Below are positions 28,504-44,320 of a stretch of DNA of 64,000 nt, piece after piece. This DNA is from Amoebidium appalachense. Taxonomy: Eukaryota; Protista; Ichthyosporea. The notes under the pieces are model-generated. The model did no database searches and had not been told where the DNA came from. It saw nothing but the letters and a program-made list of their open reading frames with translations. Positions within the stretch are counted from its first letter, which is position 1; each line of letters begins with the position of its first letter. A program made the position numbers and the translations under genes. The stretch spans positions 6,179,264-6,243,263 of the forward strand of contig CAVNZM010000006.1 in the NCBI GenBank assembly GCA_963693365.1, read 5' to 3'.

Positions 28504-28849
28504 GTGAAAATAAGTGGAAGGGGGACCGTGGCATGAAGGAATATATTCCCGGATATTCGAAAGCCTGAAAATTGCTGTGCATTACAGTTCCGGATTTAAC
28601 GATGTGGTAGTCTTCTAGTAATATTTTGGAAGGTGTGGGTAAGGGGCCGAGGGGGGGGGGGGGGGGGGGGGAGGGGGGGGAACCATTTTTTATTGGTCTT
28701 TTTCTTTTTTGCCCCTTCGACTTTCATTTTAGCGGGGCTCCAAATGTATGCCCCTATTAGCCTTGTGCTCTCCACATTTTCCTCACATAATATCAGCCAA
28801 GGTTTTGCCGTGTGTGTACCACGACTTCTTTCTGTTTTCTCCCTCCTCT

Positions 28850-28883
<34 letters not shown>

Positions 28884-30216
28884 TTCCCCCCCCTCTCTCC
28901 CCTGTTGCTGTTGGGGATTGTGCGTTTTTTTTTGTTGTTGTTGTTGTCATTGTGTGGGTATGTGTTTTTCCTTGTTTTGGGGGGGGCGGGGGGGGGGTGA
29001 TGCCTAAATGCACCCACCCCCATCGTATCCCCTCCTCCACACGTACACCCACCCACCCAGCCCATTATTGAATCTCTATAGTAGTGTCCTTTCTATTGCA
29101 TGCTTACCTTTGTCCCGCCGAAACTTGGTTGGGGGGCGTGGGTTGACATCTGCTTACCGAGTGTTAAGAGTTCTTTGTACATAACCTTTAAAGGAAGTCT
29201 GCTATTGCCATATATCAGGAAGGTGTCATTGCCATTTAGGAAGGTGTTCTGTTTGGTTGTCGCACGTGCAGGTCGCGTGCTTTAAGTTGGCTTAAAGATG
29301 CAATAAAGGCGTTGGGAAAGAAAGACCATCATCCTCTGCACATGTGTTAAGCTATTTATAGCTACACATTGCAAATTTGTATTCTACGGAGGTCGTCTCT
29401 GCACGGGCACGGGGACTAATACTAGCAGCTGTTCGATTAGTTATGTTGTTGGAAATAAACTTGAATATTAGAAATTAAAAAAAAAGGCCTGTACGTGTGT
29501 GGGTGTCTGCAGACACAAAATTTAATCTTTGTGTCACTATCTATGTAGTGTACAAGGGTTGCATGTCATGAAGGCTTGATAATTTGATTCTGCAACAGTT
29601 TCCAAGCCCGATCGATCATGATGATGGAAGTATAAGGGTCTATGCCGGCATTTCTCTAGACCTAAAGCTCCTTATATAGGAAGAGATATTCCTAATGCCC
29701 CCGGGCTGAGCCAGCAACATCCAGAAAAACTCGATAAATAAAGGCAAAGCCAATTAATCACATACTCTGATGTCGATATGACGTTACTACAAGATATCAC
29801 ATTGCGAAACTCCAACTTAGACCCTCAGGTGATTGGACTCTGCAGCTAATAATATTATTATTGGCTGTATGAAATATCCACACGGTGCAGTGGGTGGCGA
29901 TCGGTCATGAAATTGAAGGTCACGGTGACCTTGTCGATCTCATGAGGCTGGCTCAGTTTACCTCGAGAGTGAACGTTAACGTGCCAATCGCAAAGACATA
30001 AACTTGGCCGCAGGTACGTAGGTGCACCAGGCGGACGAGTGCGTTTGGGTTCAGGCAGGGGTTGGGAGGACTGAGGGGACTCGGAAAGAGGGAGGAGGGG
30101 GGGGGGGGGGGGGGGAGGGGGGGGGGAAGGACAAAGCCTTGAATATTATCATCTTAGTAGCCGTGCAGGTATACATTTATTCACTCAGAAGTGTGGCACT
30201 CTGCACGCAGCCCGCT

Positions 30217-30256
<40 letters not shown>

Positions 30257-30770
30257 GACGGGGGTTGTCACACTTGTGGGTGGACAAATGTACACATGCA
30301 CGGCCACTAAGATGATAAAATTACTTCATCCTCGCCCCCCTCTGCCCCCCCCCCCCCCCCCCCTCCCCCCCCCCCCTGGGCCTCCGTCCTCCCTAACCCT
30401 AACCCCTCCTCCCCGTCCTCCCTAACCTCCCTACCTCCCCCCGGGGCTCCCCCCTCCCCCCTCCTCCCCCCCCCCCCCCCCCCCCCTCCCTTCGTAACCT
30501 CCCCCCCCTCCCCCCTGGCTCCACTCCCCTTCTCCAGCCCCCCTCCCCCCCTCATCTCCACCCCCACCCCACCCACCCTCTCTTACAAAAAAAAAAAAAA
30601 GAAAAAAAAAGCGACGCCTTCTCCATGCATGCAGGATGATGATTCGATCCCCTCCTCCAAATATTGCATCGGATATTGATCATCCCCCCCCCCCCCCCCC
30701 CCCCCCCCCCGGCCCATTTCCCCTTTTATGAAAAGAAAGGAATTGGGGGGGGGGGGGGGGGGGGGGGCAC

Positions 30771-31103
30771 CTTTGGGGCCTTTGATCCCAACTGCCACAG
30801 AAGCTTCGGGAGTGAATACAGTAACCTAACACCCTCTCCCTGCGTGCTGCTGCCTGTGTGTGTGTGTGCGCGCGCGCGCGTGTGTGTGTGTGTGTGTGTG
30901 TATCTGTGCGTGCGTGCGTGTGTGCGCGAGCGCGCACGCGCGCGTGTGTGTGTGTGTGTGTGCTCCCAACCTTTGAAAAAAAGAAGAAAAAACCTTCAAG
31001 AAATAAAGAGAAAAAAGAGAATGAAAGAAAACGGGGACCGGGGCAAGTATACCAACAGACACTTTCGGTTAGCACGTGTGTCTCTGCTTTTTTATGGCAT
31101 TCC
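30771..31103 (-). pseudogene. Tentative exon pair resembling part of TEX10/Ipi1; rest of gene not found
   Basis: Segments 31103-31053 and 30825-30771 are AG/GT-bounded and phase-compatible, reading ECHKKAETHVLTESVCWLLYSLPKLLWQLGSKAPK. This recalls the TEX10 W...LP..L..LGS..P motif. A strong donor (GTAAGT) lies upstream at ~33190, but no complete ORF could be assembled. Confidence 0.3.
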
Positions 31104-31621
31104 CTGAGCGACTGATTTACAGATTGCCAAACAATATCTTGACGCTTAAACCTTTTGCCATATCTAGTGCACCGATTAAGATAGGCAAATAGCATCGTGC
31201 TTTTTTTGCAGAATACATTCGGCTAAAAGCAGAATAACAAGAGAATAAATCCTGCAAGACCTGCTGTATAATTCTGCAAGGCAAAATTTGCAGACTCTGA
31301 GTAACTTAACTCGAAGTCAGTTTATTCTGCTGATATCGTTGGTCCATCAGCACATTATTTATTTTTCTATTTTATTTAATCACGTTTGCCCAGAGACGCC
31401 CAGCCTCGCCATATGGGGTTAAAGCACAATATTATGCTCAAAGCAAAATAATGCTCTTATGTAAACGTTAGCTATTCTGCCTTTATGCGCTCAAAGTTTG
31501 CAGAATACTTCCTGCTGCAGGAAGTACTGAACTCAATGCTTCACTCGGCTTTTATTATTCGGAGAATTATTCTGCGTTTTTCTGAATTAGTCAGCTAACA
31601 GCAAGGCGATTCTGCTTATGG

Positions 31622-31652
<31 letters not shown>

Positions 31653-31847
31653 GGGGCCCCCCTCTTTCCCCCCTTTCCCCCCTCAACTCCATCCCCCCTA
31701 AACCCCGACCACCACCACCACCACCACCACCACCCAGCTACCCGCCATTATAGAATCCGCATCACCACTCTCGCCTTCCTGCCTTTCTTGCTACATGCAA
31801 TTGCAACCTCCCCCCCCCCCCCCCTCCCCACACACACACACACCCAT

Positions 31848-31888
<41 letters not shown>

Positions 31889-32170
31889 ACAAACGGGTGT
31901 GTGCGGTGATCCCAACCCTACACAACGAATTGCCATCCACAGACAGATGCCCATTTTTTTTTGGTTTTGCTTTCATAGAAACCGGGTTAGCTGGTCCTTA
32001 TTAAGATAGCTTCTGATGGTTGCAAGTGCAGGCTAAGCGCACGTCAATACAACTTTACAAGCCGCCCGACGTGTGACACTGTGTACAGACTGTGTTTGCA
32101 CATACATGTGTGTGTGTGTGTGTGTGTGTGCGCGTGCGCGTGTGTGTGTGAGTGTGAGTGTGTTTGTGTT

Positions 32171-32209
<39 letters not shown>

Positions 32210-32210
32210 T

Positions 32211-32258
<48 letters not shown>

Positions 32259-32750
32259 CGGATGTGTGTTGACGAATATGCTTGTGCATGTGTGCACATG
32301 GTACACGTGTGTATGTGTGTACTGTGTACCGCTGTGTGTATGGTCGTGTGTTTTTGTGCCTCTGCAGCTGCGGCTACCAGGGTCCCCAGCTGGAGGCCGG
32401 GTGAGGGGTGTGTTTGATCTATCTATCTGCTTGATTCTTGTTACTTTCCGACAGTGTCATTGATTGGGAGGTACCGGTACGGGGGCAAAGGTGGGAGGGA
32501 GGGCGGAGGATCGAAGGGGGGCAGAGGGGGAGAGGGGGAAGGGGCAAGAGCTTGTGGTGCGTGGAGAGAGAGAGTGTGTGTGTGTGTTGGGGGCGGGCGG
32601 GAAGGGGGAGGGTGAAGGGTTACTGCACACGTGTGTGTGTGTGTGTGGGGGGGGGGGGGGTTTGTGCACGTGTGTTTGTGTGTGCGTGTGTGTGCGTGTG
32701 TGTCACGGTGTGTGTGCGTGTGTGTGTGTGTGTGTGTCACGGTGTGTGTG

Positions 32751-32782
<32 letters not shown>

Positions 32783-32870
32783 CGTGTGTGTTGTGTGTGT
32801 GTGTACGTGTGTGTGTGTGTGTGTGTGTGCGCGTGTGTGCGTGTGTGTGTGCGTGTTGTGTGTGTGTGCG

Positions 32871-32954
<84 letters not shown>

Positions 32955-33389
32955 GGAGGAGACTGTGTGTGCGGGATGGGGGGAGGAGGAAGAGGGGGGG
33001 GGTCGGGGGCGGGGGGGGGGGGGGGGGGGGGAGGGGGAGGGAGGGGGGGGGGGAGTGTGTTTCAGTTGTGCGTGATTGGGGGGGAGGGGGGGGGGTTACA
33101 CAAAACGGGGGGGGGGGGGGGGGGGGGGGGGGGAGGGGGGGGAGGGGGGGGATGAAGGGGGATCAAATGCAAGATGTGGCAGTGCACTTACAGCAGGCCA
33201 CCTGTGTATTTGGTTGAAGTCTTCGTGCTACGGGCTTGAAGCTCAACCGAACATCGATACATTCTCTCGGGTTTTCCCCAAGATATGTATCTATCCGCAT
33301 TTTTGTGGTTTCCGGGCACACGTACTACCCCCGGGTGAAGGGCCAAGTCGGAAAACACGTGCACGCGGCGTCGGGGGTGTTCACTTCTC

Positions 33390-33626
33390 CAGTGACGTCA
33401 AACCACTCAGAACCAATAAAAACGCTTGAACGTGCGAAACAGCTCGCTAATTCTGATTCGTTAGATGGTTTGATTGGCTCATGGGGCACCCTTTCCTTTT
33501 CCTAGTGGCTTAAACGACACCAAACTGACAATAAATTCTATTTTCCTATTGGCTAGATGTGGGGGTTTCTTCATAAACCCGTGATTCACGCCAAGCGGAA
33601 AGCCGGGGTTTGGACGAACTCGGAGC
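33390..33626. promoter_or_regulatory. CCAAT-rich promoter-like region
   Basis: TGACGTCA (CRE-like) at 33393 and CCAAT/ATTGG at ~33413, 33473 and 33548. The region is free of microsatellites. Confidence 0.45.
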
Positions 33627-33735
33627 TAATATGTACCTTTTACGAGAAGACACACTTTGATTTTCGTAATTTTTTTATTTTTATAATGACTTTATTGCTG
33701 TCACCTACTGAGGTGATTCGTATTTTTCCTTACAC

Positions 33736-36700
33736 ACACAGCGAACACTGGACCCTCGGGACCTGCGTGCCACCGCGAGAGAAAGCATGCACGCGGTCGC
33801 GAGAGTCAGGAAGCCCTACGACCCCACCGCCGCACCAGCCAACTCCCAGTAAGCATGCTCTCCTTTCTTTTCTGGAATGCTCGTAGTCTAAATAAGAGTA
33901 AAGCACAGTTTCTTCTTTCGTTACCCCAACAGGAGTTCCCGTTTATTGTTGTCGCAGAAACGTGGTGGCGAGACCACGCCACACTCCGTCGGTCTGGACG
34001 GCTCGTCGGCGAGTCTACTCAGCCTGTGGGCCACAAGCCTCACTCCGGCATAGTGTTCATCGCCGCCTACCACTTTGTTAACCACTGTTCAGTTATAGCA
34101 CGTACAATACACACACTCACCATCTCAGTTTGTGGCCATATATGCACTTTTGTTTATTTTCCACCTAGCCTTCCACTTCTAGCACTTAAACACGAGCTTA
34201 ACACCATCGCCCCACATAACCCCACACTAGTGTTAGGAGACTTTAATAGCCCGCTAACTACCACCCCACACCCCCTACACGGCCACCCACAGGCCCTACT
34301 TAAACCCAACCACCCACGCACGCCAACCTTTCACACTTTTGTTACAGCCTTACGCCTTACTCTTCCATCTGTAGTACAAGAACACCGCACGGACTGGGGG
34401 GCAGCCTCTGGTCCTTGCACCTTACACATACACCACAACCTACACCCCCCACCGTCAGACCACCTACCTATAGGCTTTCGCACTACACTTAGCCGTTCTA
34501 CGCCGTCACCACAACACACTTACAGACTTAACGTACGCGAACTTAAAAGCCAGCGCGGCCAAGCAGACACTCGCTTCTTTTTCGAGACGGTGCAACCGAG
34601 TCTATTATCGCTTGTGCGTGATGGACGCCAAACCCCACTACGCACCGACCAGACCTTCATCGATAGCGTCTGGTCTACAGTACGAGAAACCTTGTGGGAC
34701 ATAGGTGAATATGCCTGTTTAGGTGCCCAAGTTTACCCACAAGCACGAACTACACACACTCGCGGCCCTCGAGCGGAGGCTGCCTTACGCCATATAAGGA
34801 AACTGCAAAAAACCGTTTTTACGAAAGGTAGCCCTACGTAAGCCTCTACCGTATCACATGCTATTGGGTAATATTCGGAAGATTGATCGCGGCGATCATT
34901 CGATTCGAATAACGGCCGACCCGTCATCCGACCCGGAATCTGCAACCGATTCCTTTTACGGCACCCTGTTTAAACGTAACCCGACATGTATGGCCACGGA
35001 CCTGGGGCAGGCGCCCCCTCCTGTTTTTGTTCCACCCTCCGACACACCACCACCACCACACACGGCGTGGCCAGCGGGGCCGGCTGAGTTTGGGGCGGAA
35101 TTGGGGGAACTTTTTACCCCAGATGCGGTATGGCAGTTAGTCTCCCGTTACCCGTCCCGCAAAGCGTGCGGGCCGGACGGCATCCCTATGGCACTACTTA
35201 AGGTACTCATCCCACCCCGACCCGAGAAAGACGAAAAGCGTGGCCCGCCGCCACCACTTACATGTATTCTTAGCGAGTTGTTTAGCTGGTATTCTGATGT
35301 CGGTAAAGTGCCCTCGGAGTGGCTAGCCACCTTAGTGTTTCCCATCAAGAAAACGGTTGCACAGGGTCCCATCCACGAATTTCGCCCTATCACCCTTACG
35401 TCCGTTTTTCGCCGATTATTCGAAAGTGGCCTTTTACAGGCCTTTTCCCGTAACCCCACCCTTAAGCAGGCTTCCCAGCTGAGCCCTCTTCAGGCGGCGT
35501 TCCGGCATCGACACTCATGTTACGCACAAATCCTCACTCTACATAATGCAACTCAAAGTGATACCGAGCACCTCGTATTTATCGATTTTAAGAACGCGTA
35601 CGACACGGTCGACCTCCCTCGCCTGTGGGCCAAGTTAGCCACTCGCGGTGTCCCATTCCAAATGGGTCGGCTACTGGAAGCTATGTTTACGTTTACACGC
35701 GGACGAGCGGTGGTTAATGGGCGGCTATCCCCAGGGTTTACCCGCACGCGCGGGGTACTTCAAGGGTCCCTGCTAAGTCCTCTTCTTTTCAACCTGTATA
35801 TTGATGATTTAGCCGACACTCTTTCTGCGGCACAAATTGACGGGGGGTTGCCATCCCAGGCTCCTCCCGCCCTCTTTTTTGCCGACGATATTGTGCTTAT
35901 GTCATCCGATCCTCTCGAACTACGGCAATACATTCGTGTGGTTGAACATTGGTGCCAGCGCAACGATATGCAGATTAATGTCAAAAAGTGTGCCCTTTTA
36001 TCAAAATCGATACCGGCATGGGACGACGTTTGTATTTTCGGCAGTCCCCTCCCTCGCCCAATCGAATACAAGTATTTGGGGATTCCGGTGGACGAATGGG
36101 GCATATGTTTCAAACGGATGATCGACCGTCGGGTGGAGAGTGCAGGCAGGTGTCTTCGGTTATTTCGGGATGTGTATCTTGCTTCTCTTTCTCATACTGT
36201 CCACCTATACAATCGTCTTAGTATATTTCGCACATATATTCGCCCTTTGTCGGAATACGGGTTGCCCTTACTAGCTATGGCACCCCCTGATACTGTTACT
36301 AATGTCCTCAAATCATTAGATGATTTCCATTACACAACTTGTTGTATGTTTCTCACTGGTCTTTCCACACCTATCCCTAGACGCCTTTTTGATTCTCTCT
36401 ACGCACTCACACCACCATCACAACGCGTACACGAATTAGCCCTTAAATTTCACGAGCACATCACCCGCCTGTCCGCTTGTGCCCCGGACCACCCGCTCTT
36501 CCGGCTACACGCATCCCCGCCGGATTCGCCCCTGTACCTCTTCCCTTCCCCATCGTCTCTGCCCATTGCCGCTATGTGGAATGGCTGGCGACCCCCCCGG
36601 AGGTACGGCTAGATCATAGTGTGAATATGAATAGTTTCAAGTCTATGGCTGATAGATATCTTTTTACTCTACGTGTTGAGTCCCTTCCGGTGTTAGGACC

Positions 36701-37265
36701 GCACAAACACCAACTACTAGTAGCCTATATGGCGGATACGGTTAGAGAGTCTCGTTCATACATAGATTCGTTTATTCGTAATGTGGTGTGGTGTAAAAAC
36801 GCAAAGATGATTATGGCTTGGCGGTGTAATCGGTTTCTGGTGTCTCCTGCTCGTATGTGTAATATGTGTGGGGGGCGGTTTACTCGCGGCTGCATATCTA
36901 TCAATAAATGCAACCTGTTAGCTAATGTATTAGAACCGGAGGTTATTGGCGGTTTTATTCTCTTTTCTTCATCTCTTCCTCAATATATCCGTTTTAAGAT
37001 GACTATCCTAGATCACCTTATTAATGCTGCACAGTATGATATTGTGATCCGGTGCCTTAACTTTCTGTCGGAGCTACCGATGCTAGCATCTGCTTACCCA
37101 TAATATGTAATAGGGGTGTCAGATCCTACGATGGCGCTCATTGTTGCCTAGCATGTACATATGTCACTGGCTGCATTTGATTGGCTGTGCTGGAAAACGC
37201 AGTAGGCCGTCGAATGTGGCTGGGCCTCCGGCAATGTCCACGCAATAAAAAGTGTGTAAACCCCA
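33736..37265 (+). mobile_element. Non-LTR retrotransposon, single APE-EN/RT ORF, no ORF1, no poly(A) tail
   Basis: About 120-nt 5'UTR, then the EN-RT coding region and a ~160-nt 3'UTR. The 3' end is defined by the daughter copy at 44103-44320. The 5' end is approximate. Confidence 0.9.
33855..37103 (+). CDS. APE endonuclease - reverse transcriptase - Cys-motif polyprotein split by two frameshifts
   Basis: 33855-34841 carries APE motifs WNARSL, VAETW, LGDFNS and SDHLPI. 34858-36612 carries RT motifs GPDGI, FRPITL, IDFKNAYDTV, GVLQGSLLSPLLFNLYIDDL, FADD and YKYLG. The C-terminal frame to 37103 has CNMCGGRFTRGC. Frameshifts lie at ~34807-34820 (+1) and ~36540-36600 (-1). Confidence 0.92.
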
Positions 37266-37990
37266 GAGTGTAAGGAAAAATAGAGTATACTGATAGTCTT
37301 ACATCAGATAACCTTACTTGTCCCATGCCCAGGCACCGTGCCAGACTTTATTGATATGCTCAGCAAAAGAGAAGCCATCGAGATAATTTTCGACCCTTCG
37401 AACCGATCAGAACCCCCCCAAACCTATATTTACTAGAAAGCTAGTCTTTTTCTCTATCGAGTGATACCATTTGTTCGGTAGCGACGCGCAAATAGAAAAA
37501 GCTTTATTATGATACATATGTTTTTTCACGTGTTTCCGTTTAAAGTTTTTTTCACCAGATGACGATTGAATTAGATTTTTAGAGTCGACCAATCATCAAA
37601 TCGGTTTGGTCTTAGATCAAACTATAAATTGCTAACAATTGGATAGTAAAGTTAGGTCAAGCGATTCCGATCGAGCTTTAAATTCGTGTGTCTTCTCGTG
37701 GAAGGTACATATTAAGTATGTGTGCGTGAGTGCCACGTGGCCATAGTGTGCGTGTCGTTTTTGTGCTCTCTCTCTCCCCCCTCCGCTCCCCCCCCCCCCT
37801 CCCCCCTCCCCCCCCCGTTTCCCTCTATCCGCGCCGTCCCTCTTCCCCCCTCTCTCCCCGGGCCCCTACGCCCCGTTCTCTCTCTCTTGCTCACACACAC
37901 ACAACACACACACACACACACACACACTCTCTCACACACACACACTCTCTCTCTCTCTCTCTCTCTCTCTCCCTGTCTCTCTTGCTCTAT

Positions 37991-38068
<78 letters not shown>

Positions 38069-38416
38069 CCTCTTCCCCCCCCCCCCCCTTTCTCCTCTTC
38101 CTGTCTCTTTCTCCCCCCCCCCCCCCCCCCCCCCCCCCCCGCCCTCCCCCCAGCCCTCTCCCAGCCCGGCACACACCATTCTCAGTGGAATTGGAGCATG
38201 CCGAGGGTCTGGAAAACAAAAACTTGTTCAGAGCTAATAATACATAGGTGTGTTGGGCCTGCATCTTTTGTGCGAATTTCTGAGAAATAGAAGTGACTGG
38301 TTCAGAATTTCTTGAGTATGACATCCAATCATTTAACACAAACCCAACACAAACCCATCACTTCGTTTCCGCAAAAAAAAAAAAACACTGTCGAGCCTTC
38401 CAACGCACAAAAAGAA

Positions 38417-42433
<4,017 letters not shown>

Positions 42434-42748
42434 TGTATCTAAAGTCAGGTTTGTCTAGGGCGAAGAGATAAAGGTACTGCTTTTAGTAACGATAAGCTAT
42501 TGATAGTGATGGCATAAGGAAGGATCTTCTTGTTCAGTGAAGATTTTTTTGTCTCCTTTCGTTGCCTTTTCCTTTGGTATTGTTTTCTTTTTTGGCCTTG
42601 ATCAAGGAGAAGCGAATTTCAAGTACATTGCGCTGCGCACCAAGAGTTTTGCCCTAGTATTAGATGGAACGAACGAATTTTTTTTTCTAATTAGGGCTCC
42701 ACTGAGCATAATTATAATTAATGCAAGAAGAACGACCCCCCCTGCCCC

Positions 42749-42796
<48 letters not shown>

Positions 42797-43177
42797 ACAC
42801 ACACACACATACCGTGGCATACGACATACATGTACATACACGCGCTCATGCACACACATGTACAAGTGCACATGCGCACACACAGACACGCACACGTGGC
42901 ACCGCACACACACAGGGAGCTACTCGAGAGAGCTCGAGATTTACAGGTTGATGGGCAAAGTTTGTTAAAGTATGCGTAACTAATAATGTTGGCCACTCAA
43001 ATCTACCACATGTGGGCTCTGGGCCGGCCCGGCTTCAATTGAAGGTGATCCAAGATCACGATCTCTAATTAGTTCACGATCGAATTCACAGTGATTCGAA
43101 CAAACATGTACGTACATGTGCCACAGCACATGAGCATGCTCGTGGCTGGGCCGGGCCCCTCCCCGAATATATATGTA

Positions 43178-43365
43178 CAGTGTACAGGGTTCTACGGAGT
43201 CTTACTTACGGAGTCGTCGATTCGGAACGTTCCGCGCAAAGTGAAAACTGGCTACTTCCAGAAACTCCCTCGGCTGAATCATTGCGTACGACCACTGCCC
43301 ACACATGCACTGATCATTGATCGGCGATACCGTACACCGCAACATCACCGTGACTGAGTACACTG
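43178..43365. mobile_element. Possible small Tc1/mariner-type MITE
   Basis: TA|CAGTGTAC ... GTACACTG|TA. The inverted repeat is short, so the call is weak. Confidence 0.35.
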
Positions 43366-43673
43366 TACGTGTTCTGGATCTATTGTAGAGCACACGTGGT
43401 AGCTAAGTAGGCACGGATGCATAATAATGAGCAGGTTAATTAGTTAGAGCTTGAAATTGTGGCCCGGTCGATATATTCGAGGCAAGCACTCTAAGTACAA
43501 AATCACTGATCCTCAGTACGTACTAGAATTGTCAGAATCGATTAATCGTCAGCACATGCGCATGCAGATGAGTCGTGGTGGGCCTGGGTGCTGCTTGACT
43601 GGAGGGTGCTGGTGCATGGGCGCTGGTGGTGGTGGGAGATCTAGTGTTGAGGGCACGGGCAAACGGGGGGGAG

Positions 43674-43709
<36 letters not shown>

Positions 43710-44102
43710 TTGGCAAACACCGAGTTGTGTGCGCGTGTAGGCGCGACGTGCCATGTTCCGAATGATGAGTGAGCCACGGGCGGCGCCTGACTCATGATCA
43801 TCTCTTCGATCGAAGCAACGGCCGCCAGCTTGAGTCCGACGAAAGTGATAAGATGGCACGCGTCGAACGTTCTGTAGTGTGTTGAGCGGTGTCGATCAAG
43901 TGACCAGTGGTATTACGCCCCTGTGTGTGCGGCGCATGCGCTAGCTAAGCATTGCGCTTTCGTGGGTGAAAGTTTATCAGTTTCATTCGCAGGTTGTAGG
44001 CCGTGGCTGTGCAGAGAGACGCACCATGTGCAAGCGTCACGATGATAATGCTATATTTTTGGGTTGGAATTCTTGGGGATCATTGTGCCTCTCTCAGTCT
44101 CT

Positions 44103-44320
44103 TGGGGTTTACACACTTTTTATTGCGTGGACATTGCCGGAGGCCCAGCCACATTCGACGGCCTACTGCGTTTTCCAGCACAGCCAATCAAATGCAGCCA
44201 GTGACATATGTACATGCTAGGCAACAATGAGCGCCATCGTAGGATCTGACACCCCTATTACATATTATGGGTAAGCAGATGCTAGCATCGGTAGCTCCGA
44301 CAGAAAGTTAAGGCACCGGA
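44103..44320 (-). mobile_element. 5'-truncated copy (218 bp) of the retrotransposon 3' end, with TSD
   Basis: Reverse complement of 37048-37265 with no mismatch seen. It is flanked by the direct repeat AGTCTCTT (44096-44103 and 44320-44327, overlapping each junction by 1 nt). Confidence 0.92.

Larger units (their letters stand above)
33629..37712. mobile_element. Non-autonomous TIR DNA element (MITE-like, ~550 bp without its insert), TA target duplication
   Basis: ATATGTACCTTTTACGAGAAGACACAC (33629-33655) and GTGTGTCTTCTCGTGGAAGGTACATAT (37686-37712) form a 27-bp inverted repeat with 2 mismatches. TA flanks both sides, as for Tc1/mariner-type elements. No transposase is present. Confidence 0.8.

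Noticed and set aside
34807-34813. AAAAAAC as a -1 slippery heptamer
   Set aside because: It is in the wrong phase, and the shift required is +1 rather than -1.
37345-37365. Minus-strand GCATATCAATAA resembling the 5' end of 28S rRNA
   Set aside because: The match is only ~12 nt and the flanks are not rRNA-like.
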